A stretch of 64,000 nt of DNA, taken from the IMG/VR virus record IMGVR_UViG_3300032397_000003, positions 1 to 64,000 of that record; one strand, given 5' to 3'. Numbering within the stretch: the stretch's first letter is position 1; the number at the start of each line of letters is the position of its first letter. Below, piece after piece: positions 17,951 to 26,669 of this stretch. The position numbers were made by a program, and so were the translations under genes. Origin of the DNA: a virus. Below the pieces are notes generated by a model. The model did not search any database. It saw nothing but the letters and a program-made list of their open reading frames with translations, and was not told the DNA's origin.

Positions 17951-18736
17951 TCATTTCTTTAAAAATTTATTGACCATTCCAGTCATGTTGTTTATATAGA
18001 TGTTTAATCCACTGGAAATAAGTATCCCAAGATGCTTGCAAATGAAGTTATCGTCTTTGTGATATTGATTCCATCTCTTAGGCTCCCTTAATTCTGGGTA
18101 GATTGCTGCATCAAAAGTGGTGAGTATATAATTGGATCCCTGAAGCTGAAATGCTGGGCAATTACAAGATAACTTAATATCGGCAACATTTAGTATCTCT
18201 TTTATTTCTTTTACAGTCATTTCTTTTTCTATATAACCAGGTTTTGTCTCAGCTAATTTAAAGAAATCAAGAATTCTTATTTCTTCTGTGTATGATCTAA
18301 CTTTTTTTGTTGTATCTACATCAGGAAAAGCTATTGCTATAGACATAGATTTATATGTAGGAACACTTAGAAATGTAAACTGAATAAAATCTTGCTTTCT
18401 ATTCACTTTCATTGATTTTATCTTTACTGATCTTGCTCCAGATCCTTTTATTCTCTGTCTATCTAATCTAAACTTATCTGTTAATGTAGAAGTTCCTGCA
18501 TGTTTCTTCAAATCCGATAATCGAAGGTTTTCTTCTAATTCAGATTCTTGTATAAGCCGAATCTTTGCCATTGGGATTTCACGTCCTGTATCTGTAATTA
18601 TTACAACATCACCTTTTTTGTTAATATAATCACTTGCATATACAGCTTTTTTATTTTTGAATTTACCGAAGAGGAAGGTATCCCCTGGTTTAAGAGGTAT
18701 TACTATATCTTCAAAGAATGGTTTATAGCGATTCAT
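17951..18736 (-). CDS. SWIM zinc-finger protein with MNRYKPFFE leader (start reassigned to 18736)
   Basis: LSCNCPAF...FICKHL fits the SWIM CxC..CxH pattern; Met11 of the track ORF begins the shared leader. Confidence 0.7.
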   Translation of the reverse strand: MNRYKPFFEDIVIPLKPGDTFLFGKFKNKKAVYASDYINKKGDVVIITDTGREIPMAKIRLIQESELEENLRLSDLKKHAGTSTLTDKFRLDRQRIKGSGARSVKIKSMKVNRKQDFIQFTFLSVPTYKSMSIAIAFPDVDTTKKVRSYTEEIRILDFFKLAETKPGYIEKEMTVKEIKEILNVADIKLSCNCPAFQLQGSNYILTTFDAAIYPELREPKRWNQYHKDDNFICKHLGILISSGLNIYINNMTGMVNKFLKK

Positions 18737-19202
18737 AATAATTTTTAACCTGCTCTTCAGTTTCAAAATATTCTATATTTTCAGGTTTATAATTAACCAT
18801 TTCCCTTCCTTTAATTACAAATCCATCGTAGCCTTGCTTTATAAGCTCTTTATCCATTGAAGTATGTTTTTCAAAAAATCCTGGATCATATTCTCTATCA
18901 TGACCTTTCTTTTTACAGAAGTCTATAATAAGTTTTTGTCTAAATATTTCTGCTGAATTTATTGATTGTACAATAACAGGTTTTTTAGGTGTGGCATTTA
19001 TCACAAAGTAAAGTTTACCATATTGTTTAGCCATCGACTTATTGGATAATGGTACTGTATATAATCCTTTGCCCCATGAACCATACACTTCATTATCTGA
19101 GCCAACTGATTTCATTCCTCTATAAGTAACATTAGCTTTTTTCCATTTAAGATAATCTCTTTGATCGAAATCTTCATTAAAGTATGGTCTATATCTTTCC
19201 AT
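18723..19202 (-). CDS. Putative ADP-ribosyltransferase-fold protein with MERYRPYFNE leader
   Basis: TYRG...WGKGLYT...AKQYG...PKKP...GYDGFVIKGREMVNYKPENI matches the ART-PolyVal-like pattern. Confidence 0.65.
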   Translation of the reverse strand: MERYRPYFNEDFDQRDYLKWKKANVTYRGMKSVGSDNEVYGSWGKGLYTVPLSNKSMAKQYGKLYFVINATPKKPVIVQSINSAEIFRQKLIIDFCKKKGHDREYDPGFFEKHTSMDKELIKQGYDGFVIKGREMVNYKPENIEYFETEEQVKNYYESL

Positions 19203-19427
19203 CTATTTACCTTTGTCTGATAATCCAGCTAATTGATCTTTCTTTTTAGTAATCTTATTTTGTATAGCATTGATCTGATTTTTAATTCTTTGTTTAGCAT
19301 CAAGAGTCATTCCATCTTTTTCAGATTGATCTCTTAATCTACTTATTGATAACTGCATAGCTTCAATGCTTTTATGTAAGTTATCTTGTAAATCTTCACT
19401 GAATACAAAAGGTTTATATCTATTCAT
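19203..19427 (-). CDS. Small coiled-coil protein with MNRYKPFVFSE leader
   Basis: 74-aa ORF; GAGG RBS. Confidence 0.7.
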   Translation of the reverse strand: MNRYKPFVFSEDLQDNLHKSIEAMQLSISRLRDQSEKDGMTLDAKQRIKNQINAIQNKITKKKDQLAGLSDKGK

Positions 19428-19568
19428 TTAAGCCTCTTTAAGATTCTTATCTTCAATCTGTTCATACTTGGTATTACAATAGTAGCATTCATATTGATCT
19501 ACCCGCATCGAAGCTATTACATAACCACCTTTGAAAATTAAATCTTTACCACATTTACATTTTTTCAT
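19428..19568 (-). CDS. Small zinc-ribbon protein (46 aa, not in track)
   Basis: MKKCKCG...YECYYCN; AGGGG RBS. Confidence 0.55.
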   Translation of the reverse strand: MKKCKCGKDLIFKGGYVIASMRVDQYECYYCNTKYEQIEDKNLKEA

Positions 19569-19576
19569 AGTAGCCC

Positions 19577-19780
19577 CTATTTAAACCTTTCATCATCTAT
19601 TTCATTGATAGCTTTCCTAATCTTAGGATCTTTAGTTCTGTTATACTCATCCTGTAACATCATAATCAATGCAACAGTATCCTGAAAAGATACTTTCAAT
19701 GTTCCTGTATCAGAAATATATTTTTTATTTTTTATATACTTACGAATTGTATTTTGTGTATCTACAGATATATCCATCAT
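19577..19780 (-). CDS. Hypothetical protein
   Basis: 67-aa ORF with GAGGA RBS. Confidence 0.6.
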   Translation of the reverse strand: MMDISVDTQNTIRKYIKNKKYISDTGTLKVSFQDTVALIMMLQDEYNRTKDPKIRKAINEIDDERFK

Positions 19781-19784
19781 ATCC

Positions 19785-19985
19785 TCATTTATAAATCATA
19801 TAGTCATTAGCACTATCTACTTTATCAGGTTGATCTTCATCCCCAAAATCAAAAGGTTCATATCTTTCAATATGGTCTTCTTCTATGGATTCCCAATCTT
19901 TATCCCAGAACCATTTTGACTTATCATCATCTTTGCTTCTAAGATAGAAAATATATTTCCGTTGTTTTTCGCTCTGACTAGGCAC
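19785..19985 (-). CDS. Small hypothetical protein (MPSQSEKQR; internal ERYEPF)
   Basis: 66-aa ORF overlapping upstream stop. Confidence 0.6.
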   Translation of the reverse strand: MPSQSEKQRKYIFYLRSKDDDKSKWFWDKDWESIEEDHIERYEPFDFGDEDQPDKVDSANDYMIYK

Positions 19986-20281
19986 TAGGACTTCTTAATC
20001 TCTTTAGGCATACATTTACCAGCAGAAGCACTCCATCCATAATCTTTAGCACAAACACCTTTAAGTTTGGCTGAATTATCAGCATTAGCACATGATCCAC
20101 CACCAGCAGTTTTTCCAGGACAATCTTCTTCAACTTCTATCTCAGGAAGTTTACAAGATTCACATATCATCCCTGTTCCTTCTATACTTTCTTTTTTCTT
20201 TTTGTCACAAGCTTCTTTCTTGTCACATTTTTCACAATCACACTGACCATCTTCTTCAAAAAACTTTTTGTATCTACTCAT
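19985..20281 (-). CDS. Cys-rich protein with MSRYKKFFEE leader
   Basis: 10 Cys in 98 aa; GAGG RBS. Confidence 0.7.
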   Translation of the reverse strand: MSRYKKFFEEDGQCDCEKCDKKEACDKKKKESIEGTGMICESCKLPEIEVEEDCPGKTAGGGSCANADNSAKLKGVCAKDYGWSASAGKCMPKEIKKS

Positions 20282-20294
20282 CTTAATTACCTCT

Positions 20295-20720
20295 TCATTC
20301 TAGTATGTCAATTGTTATGTCAAGAGTGTCGTTATATAGGTAAGTAAAATCTATATCAATAATAGCGTCTTTAAAGGAAATCTCATCCGGTAAGTCTACC
20401 CAATAATCAAATGATCCTTCTACTTTTCCAAATATCGTATTTATTAGTTCATTTAAATTTTTAAATATTTTATCTCCTTTTAGTTGATAAGCAGTAGCCA
20501 TAAGTCCCTCTATTGAAATATCAATTTTGCCTTGATAGGAACTATTACCTTTTCTTTTAAGTTGTTTACCAAAAACCTTTTCTATATTCCATAAATCTTT
20601 TCCAAACAGATTGGCATATTGTTCTTTCATATCTGTAAGATTTATCTCATACACCTTACCGGCTATTTTGCTAATTATCACTTTATCATCCATTTCTTTA
20701 AATCGTTTATATCTTTTCAT
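20295..20720 (-). CDS. Hypothetical protein with MKRYKRFKE leader
   Basis: 141-aa ORF; GGAGG RBS. Confidence 0.75.
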   Translation of the reverse strand: MKRYKRFKEMDDKVIISKIAGKVYEINLTDMKEQYANLFGKDLWNIEKVFGKQLKRKGNSSYQGKIDISIEGLMATAYQLKGDKIFKNLNELINTIFGKVEGSFDYWVDLPDEISFKDAIIDIDFTYLYNDTLDITIDILE

Positions 20721-21178
20721 TATCTTCCTCCGTTCATTTTCTTATCTAAGATAAAATCTGTATATGTAAACATTCTTGGATTTCTGAGATATTCCCCGCT
20801 GATATCACGCATTACCACCAGACTACCTGAAGTCATTGTAATTAAGGATGATTTTAAATATATAGGGGGGGTAAGTTTAGCGGGGGCAATATAAGTATGT
20901 ACTCCTTTTCTTTTAGCTCTACCTAACCATGTAAATTTTAATTTTTTAACTCTTGTGGCTGAAAGGTCTATTGTAGGATATTTACTATTATAAGTAATTA
21001 TATAAATGTTTTGAGCTAACCCCATTACTTTTTGAATATATACATGTCGAAATTTTTCTAATCCAAGATCGTTTATTAAAGTTTGTCCTGCTGTCACAAA
21101 TGGGGTATCGAGTCCAAAATCATGGACGGGATTAAAACTATACTCACTTGTTTCAACTTCAATTAGCCTATATTTCAT
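20720..21178 (-). CDS. Hypothetical protein
   Basis: 152-aa ORF; GAGGA RBS. Confidence 0.7.
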   Translation of the reverse strand: MKYRLIEVETSEYSFNPVHDFGLDTPFVTAGQTLINDLGLEKFRHVYIQKVMGLAQNIYIITYNSKYPTIDLSATRVKKLKFTWLGRAKRKGVHTYIAPAKLTPPIYLKSSLITMTSGSLVVMRDISGEYLRNPRMFTYTDFILDKKMNGGR

Positions 21179-21184
21179 AATCCT

Positions 21185-22264
21185 CTAAAATAATGTCTTG
21201 TTATATTTCAATATGCTCTTTGAAAGATATTCCTCCACAGTGCAGTAATTATTAGTAAGTAAAATTTCAGAAACAAAATTCTCATCCGTATCTTCTACAT
21301 TTATATTTATAACTGTTAGCTTAACCCCACTATCCCTTAATTTTAATACCATTTTCAAGCCCGCCAAATCGTTATCCGGGATGACATACACCTCTTTAAA
21401 TTTTTTAAGATATTCAAGTTGTGCATCTGAAATCTGACTCCCGAAAGTGCAGCTACAATTTTTAGATACTTTATCCCACAGCTTCGGTATAGAGCCTATT
21501 CCTTCGGTAAGGTATAATGGTTCATCATAATTTAAATGATCTATATTAAAGATTGTGTTCTTGACAAAACTACCGGATTCATACTTCACTTTCTTATCAA
21601 GTAAATAAAATAACACCCTATCTACAATTATTTCATTACCTTTATATAACTTATAATCAGATATATGAATATTATTATTTTTACAACATTCTTTAAAATC
21701 TTTACTTAATTGTTCATATGTAATATCATGTGAATCATAATAAGTTTGTAGATATTCAAATTGCATTAGTTTTCTAAACTCCACACATTTGATGTTTTTA
21801 TTTGTATCCTGTATACAATAAGCAAAATAATCTGAATAGGGATCGGTAAATGATCTAACTATCTTAAATTCTTTACAGAACTCTTTTGTAAATCCTCTTT
21901 GTTTTAAATAATAAAAATCTTCTGGATTATCAATCTCTTTATGTATAAATCTATAAGTCATAGAACTATCTATGCTTGATTTTTTTACTTCTGGTTTATT
22001 TGGAGTAGTTACTTGTGGAGGAGTATAAGTATAATTACTTCCTCTTTCTTTTAAGAGAGTTGATATATGTTTTGTTACTCCACACTTATAACAAGATATA
22101 ACACCACTATTTACATTTACGGATGCATTACCATAGTCCTTGTCCTGATGGAAAACACATATAATAGATAACCACCCCTTTGAATTAGGGTGTCCTTGAT
22201 ATTTAATGTTCAGCGTATTAAGTGCTTCCATAACATTAACATTTTTATTGAGAGTGTTTAACAT
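21185..22264 (-). CDS. DNA primase (DnaG/TOPRIM type)
   Basis: Zinc finger CVFH...CYKC; YLKQRG; TOPRIM LTEG, TFGS, IPDNDLAG. Confidence 0.88.
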   Translation of the reverse strand: MLNTLNKNVNVMEALNTLNIKYQGHPNSKGWLSIICVFHQDKDYGNASVNVNSGVISCYKCGVTKHISTLLKERGSNYTYTPPQVTTPNKPEVKKSSIDSSMTYRFIHKEIDNPEDFYYLKQRGFTKEFCKEFKIVRSFTDPYSDYFAYCIQDTNKNIKCVEFRKLMQFEYLQTYYDSHDITYEQLSKDFKECCKNNNIHISDYKLYKGNEIIVDRVLFYLLDKKVKYESGSFVKNTIFNIDHLNYDEPLYLTEGIGSIPKLWDKVSKNCSCTFGSQISDAQLEYLKKFKEVYVIPDNDLAGLKMVLKLRDSGVKLTVININVEDTDENFVSEILLTNNYCTVEEYLSKSILKYNKTLF

Positions 22265-22467
22265 CCATATCTCTCTATCTGTTCAATATAGGGATAGATT
22301 GTTCTTATAAATGTTTGTTTATAATCACAATCTTTGTTACTACACCTATGTTCATTTTCAGGGGGATTAGCGGTGGGACTTACAGCATTTAAAATTAAAT
22401 TCCCTCTTTCACATTTGGGGCATTCAAAATACACCTTAATAGTTTTGATTTCTTTTCTAAGCTCCAT
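22258..22467 (-). CDS. Zinc-ribbon protein
   Basis: CPKC...HRCSNKDC. Confidence 0.65.
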   Translation of the reverse strand: MELRKEIKTIKVYFECPKCERGNLILNAVSPTANPPENEHRCSNKDCDYKQTFIRTIYPYIEQIERYGC

Positions 22468-22589
22468 GGGAACTCCTTATGTTTTATTTAACAAGCAGTT
22501 TAATAGCGATAACAAAAAATATAAAACATGAAATCATTATTGGAAATAATAATAAAAACAATAAAGCTTCTATTATGTAAAGAAAAATT

Positions 22590-22838
22590 CTAAGCATGTT
22601 TCATCCATATCTCTTTTATTTTTTCAAAGTCTTCCGCCGTTAGGAAAAATTTACTATTATCCTCAGTATTAACTATTACATATTGATCATCAAATGGTTT
22701 AAATGAATCCAGTCCATCAACAGAAAAGAAGCCCTCTTCACACAAAAGGTAACTTCCCGAAGAGTGTAGTACTAATTCAAAGTTATCAAACTCGAAAACA
22801 TTCTCCTCTTCATCCTCTACTTGTAGTTGTAGTCCCAT
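22590..22838 (-). CDS. Acidic hypothetical protein (likely start MGLQLQ)
   Basis: GAGGAG RBS precedes the second Met. Confidence 0.55.
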   Translation of the reverse strand: MGLQLQVEDEEENVFEFDNFELVLHSSGSYLLCEEGFFSVDGLDSFKPFDDQYVIVNTEDNSKFFLTAEDFEKIKEIWMKHA

Positions 22839-23205
22839 TATCTTTTCTCCTCTGAGTAAATATTTTATCAAGCCATTCTTTAGACTTACTTATTTTTATT
22901 TCTGTAGGTGTTGGTTCTTTTTCTTCTTTCTTATTTGTATCATCATTGATCTTGTATAAGTCTTGAAAACTTGCAACTTCTTCTAAATCTTTTATTGATT
23001 CCCATGTACCATCTTTGATTAAATGAATTATTTTAAATCTATCTATTTGATCCTTTAAGTGAACAAAATCAACCACTTTAAATTCTTTATTTAAAAATTC
23101 TAAAAATTTAAAATATTCTAATGATTCCCTTTCATCAGGATTCTGTGATGAAATAAAGATGATTCTATTATAAGGATTTTGAAAAAAAACTATCCAATCC
23201 ATCAT
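22810..23205 (-). CDS. Hypothetical protein
   Basis: 131-aa ORF. Confidence 0.55.
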   Translation of the reverse strand: MMDWIVFFQNPYNRIIFISSQNPDERESLEYFKFLEFLNKEFKVVDFVHLKDQIDRFKIIHLIKDGTWESIKDLEEVASFQDLYKINDDTNKKEEKEPTPTEIKISKSKEWLDKIFTQRRKDNGTTTTSRG

Positions 23206-23338
23206 ACCACTGTTAAATTAAAAAGTTTTTTATAGTTATTCACAAATACACCAAAATTATACATATGGGTATAATTGTCTGTCCATATTTGATAAATTTC
23301 ATGTAAACCAATTTCTTGATTTTTTACAAAATGTTTTA

Positions 23339-23701
23339 TCATTCATCTTCTCCTAGTTGCATCATAGTTTTGAAAATATTTCTATTTTGTCTTTTAAAAT
23401 ATTTCTTTGTAGCAGGTTCTTCGCCATTTTTAATAGATACAAATTCTCTTAATAACATACCTGATGGTTTAGCAGTAACTTCAATATTAGATTCAATACC
23501 TTTATCATTAGTTGTTTCTAGGTACTTTAGATTTAGTGAACAGAGATAAGGAATAATTATTTCATTATCTTCTTTATTAAAAGATTCTAAAGTTGCATAT
23601 GTGAGTATAGCGAAAAGTACATCACGACAAGTTGACTTATCCTTCGAGCTTAGTGCAACTATTTTATCAAACGCTTGAGACTCTTCTGGAGAAAATAACA
23701 T
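23339..23701 (-). CDS. Hypothetical protein
   Basis: 120-aa ORF; AAGGAG RBS. Confidence 0.7.
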   Translation of the reverse strand: MLFSPEESQAFDKIVALSSKDKSTCRDVLFAILTYATLESFNKEDNEIIIPYLCSLNLKYLETTNDKGIESNIEVTAKPSGMLLREFVSIKNGEEPATKKYFKRQNRNIFKTMMQLGEDE

Positions 23702-23711
23702 TCAATACTCC

Positions 23712-23846
23712 TTAACCTTCTAATTTTATGAGTTTTTTAAACTTACCTGGTTCTGTTTCCTTGAGTCTAAAAGAACAATCTTTTTGCATCTCTTCTAGTT
23801 GTTCTTTTGTTACTTGTTGTCCATCCACTTCAAACAATTGTTCCAT
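23712..23846 (-). CDS. Small hypothetical protein (44 aa, not in track)
   Basis: MEQLFEVDGQQVTKEQLEEM...; GAGGTG RBS. Confidence 0.55.
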   Translation of the reverse strand: MEQLFEVDGQQVTKEQLEEMQKDCSFRLKETEPGKFKKLIKLEG

Positions 23847-23848
23847 TA

Positions 23849-24511
23849 TTAGTCCACCTCTATTTTATTCCATTTGTCTTCTAAGTTATATTTATTTAGA
23901 ATTTTTAATAATTTAGTTTTATCGTATTGATTTTCATTTTTAACTATTCGTAACCGTTCTCTATATTTAGATTTACCTAAAAATAACATTATAGCAATAA
24001 GATATTCCAAAGAAAAAATCTTAAATTTCTTACCTTTAATTTCAACTTTGTTTGAGTGATCAAATGCATCTTGTGTTATAGCATCCCCAGGAACTAAAAA
24101 TTGAATAGGATTTCCTTTAATAATTAAAAATTCCCCTTCTTCTTTAGCCCTATATTTCTTTTTAAGAAAATCATATAAATCAGTCAAACTAAATAATAAA
24201 CCTTTCTGTTGTTTCTTTATGAATACATCTATGTCATCCGTTAGATGAGGGGTACTATAGTAAAGTAATGCTGTTGCTCCACCTATTACATAATCTTCAA
24301 TTATATCATTTTTTTCTACTTCATTTAGCATATCTATAACTTCAGGCATTTGAAAAGATTCGGAAAACTTATATCTTATCTTTCCAAAGAATAAAGCTTT
24401 TTCCTGTAATCGTATTAAGGCTTTAAACTTATCAAAGTAAGAACTATTTAATAGTTTTAATTGATAAATATCCTTAGATTCTTCAAATTTATGTGGTGTA
24501 TATCTTTCCAT
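23849..24511 (-). CDS. Nucleotidyltransferase (AbiEii/DUF6036-like) with MERYTPHKFEE leader
   Basis: YVIGGATALLYY...TDDIDVFI is the GG..DxD Pol-beta-type motif; SLEYLIA. Confidence 0.8.
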   Translation of the reverse strand: MERYTPHKFEESKDIYQLKLLNSSYFDKFKALIRLQEKALFFGKIRYKFSESFQMPEVIDMLNEVEKNDIIEDYVIGGATALLYYSTPHLTDDIDVFIKKQQKGLLFSLTDLYDFLKKKYRAKEEGEFLIIKGNPIQFLVPGDAITQDAFDHSNKVEIKGKKFKIFSLEYLIAIMLFLGKSKYRERLRIVKNENQYDKTKLLKILNKYNLEDKWNKIEVD

Positions 24512-24527
24512 TATTTTCCTTTATACT

Positions 24528-24559
24528 TATAATATATAGAAATTTCTACCAAAATTAAA
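24528..24559 (-). promoter_or_regulatory. Bipartite promoter motif (class B) TTTAATTTT-N9-TTCTATATATTATA
   Basis: One of 7 copies with identical spacing. Confidence 0.75.
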
Positions 24560-24561
24560 TT

Positions 24562-26646
24562 TTATTTATCAATTAAATCCTCTACATCATTTTTTTGTCC
24601 AAAAATATACTCTTCATATTTGTCTGTAAGTTTTCTTTCCTTAGTAACTTGTTCTTTGAGAATCTCTCTTTCTTCTATTGATTCTACTTCCATTTCAATT
24701 TTTTCAAATTCTTCCCTTAATCTAGTTACCCCTTTTTTTCTTACTTCTACAAAATCATTTAGATTAAAGTCACTATATTTATTTTTACTCTTAAAAAAAT
24801 GTTGTCCTCTCATAGAACCCTCTCTTAAAGAAGATTCCATAAAACATTCAAAACTAATATCATCTACTGTTTCTTTTAGTTTTCTTCTACCTAGTTTTCT
24901 TTCAAGAAGTCTCCAAGTTTTTCTTCCTCTTCTTTGTCTTTCCTTTAAACTGTATTTACCTTCTTCATTCATTTCTGGTCCTTCATCAACTAAATTACCA
25001 TCAGCATCTAAATTTCCTGAATCATCTAAGGAAATATCATCTTCAGGCTCATCACCAAAACCTTCTTCCTCGTCTGGTATAGTTTCACCCGCTTCTTTAG
25101 CTCTTAAAGATTCATCTACCCAAAAATCAACTACTTGACTATCATAAGGTAGAAATTTATTATATATTGTTTTTATAAGTTCTGGTGGGAGTTTTTCTCC
25201 TCCAGTAACTCTATCTTCTAATGCTACTATAACATTATTCGCTAAATCAAGTAATGAACTTTGTGCTGATATAAGATCATTATTTGTTTGTGATTCTGGA
25301 TAAGGCATAGATAATGAAAATTCTATTTCATCTAATTCAAATTCCCCTGTATGTATTAAGTGAATTTTTATTAACTGAGATATATTATTTAATAATATGG
25401 ATTGGAATCTATATATAAGTCTAGCAAAAGGTTTGAATTGTTCAACATAAGATGTACCTGATTCTCCAAAACTAGAATCACTGGGGTCTATAAGTTTTCT
25501 AGGTAATAGACAAGCATTATAAATATCATCCTTAAGAAGTTCAATATCATCAATACCTTTTAATTCTATATCTGCTGCTATCTGCTCATACTCAAACAAA
25601 TCTTTGATTGTAACTATGATATCTCCAATTCCTGGTAATTCTTTTTTAGATGTACCAAATCCTGAATTTAACATTTCATTTAAAAACTCAGTAGCTTTAG
25701 CAAATTTTTCTGTAGGACTTACAATATTTGGTAAATCCAATTTGTAAATTTGTTTAGGGAACATTGCTCCTCTAGCTATTATCTGCATAGCCATAGCAGC
25801 ATCATACTGTCTATATGGAGCCATAGCGTGAATAAAAGTTGGTATACCAAATGGGACAAATGGACTTTTATTTGTTATATTTCTAAAGTGTAAAAATTTC
25901 CAAGGAGGAAGTACTTTATCTTCTACAACAAAACCAAGTAAGTACTCTTTAAAATAAGAAGCTGAATTTTTTTTATTCTGAATCATATCTATCAGATCAT
26001 TTACAGAACTTATAGAATTTCTATAGTCATGCAGTTTATGTTGTGAATCCATTAAAGCAGCATGAAGATCAACCGGAGAAAATTCCATACGTTCTTTTAA
26101 ATACCTAATAGGAATTCTTTTTATTTCATTAACCCCTACATTATCAAATCCCAGTACCCATCCTGCATTACCATATTGCACTATATCAGCAACAGTTGGT
26201 CTGAGTAACTCATTAAGATTTATATCATCAAAAAACTTTTCAATATACTTCTTAACTTTCTCCTTTGCTTCTACAAATATTATTTGGTTGTTTGAGTCTG
26301 CTTGAAGTACCTCATCTGTCATGATCTCCATGGACTTAGTAATTGGGGAGCAGTTAAAGAACAAAAGATCACAATCGTCATACACTGAAAGCATGTTAAC
26401 CCAAGAATCATTAGCTTCGTCATGGCATCCCGACATCCAGTACCGCCAGAGTTCCTTAACATCGTTTGGGAATTTCTCCGTTTGCATCCTTTCAAAGGGC
26501 TTATTCTTTTCATCTACCCCTTTTACAGTCTTGATAATATCAATTTTATTTTCAATCTTTTCAGCTTCTGGATTTATTCCAAAACCAAACATTTTTTTTA
26601 ATCTGTTAGTTATAGCACTTGATTGATCTATTTTTTTATCTGTCAT
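24562..26646 (-). CDS. Portal protein (T4 gp20-like) with long C-terminal extension
   Basis: DIVQYGN, FLHFRN...PFG, IARGAMFPKQIY, DDIELLKDDIY...LPR, FARLIYRFQ pattern. Confidence 0.82.
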   Translation of the reverse strand: MTDKKIDQSSAITNRLKKMFGFGINPEAEKIENKIDIIKTVKGVDEKNKPFERMQTEKFPNDVKELWRYWMSGCHDEANDSWVNMLSVYDDCDLLFFNCSPITKSMEIMTDEVLQADSNNQIIFVEAKEKVKKYIEKFFDDINLNELLRPTVADIVQYGNAGWVLGFDNVGVNEIKRIPIRYLKERMEFSPVDLHAALMDSQHKLHDYRNSISSVNDLIDMIQNKKNSASYFKEYLLGFVVEDKVLPPWKFLHFRNITNKSPFVPFGIPTFIHAMAPYRQYDAAMAMQIIARGAMFPKQIYKLDLPNIVSPTEKFAKATEFLNEMLNSGFGTSKKELPGIGDIIVTIKDLFEYEQIAADIELKGIDDIELLKDDIYNACLLPRKLIDPSDSSFGESGTSYVEQFKPFARLIYRFQSILLNNISQLIKIHLIHTGEFELDEIEFSLSMPYPESQTNNDLISAQSSLLDLANNVIVALEDRVTGGEKLPPELIKTIYNKFLPYDSQVVDFWVDESLRAKEAGETIPDEEEGFGDEPEDDISLDDSGNLDADGNLVDEGPEMNEEGKYSLKERQRRGRKTWRLLERKLGRRKLKETVDDISFECFMESSLREGSMRGQHFFKSKNKYSDFNLNDFVEVRKKGVTRLREEFEKIEMEVESIEEREILKEQVTKERKLTDKYEEYIFGQKNDVEDLIDK

Positions 26647-26669
26647 TGTATTCTCTCATAAAAATTATT

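Noticed and set aside
24620-25138. Ser-rich antisense ORFs (also 345-662, 31056-31382, 10600-10887 and others)
   Set aside because: Mirror frames of E/D/K-rich or T/A-rich genes on the opposite strand; no RBS
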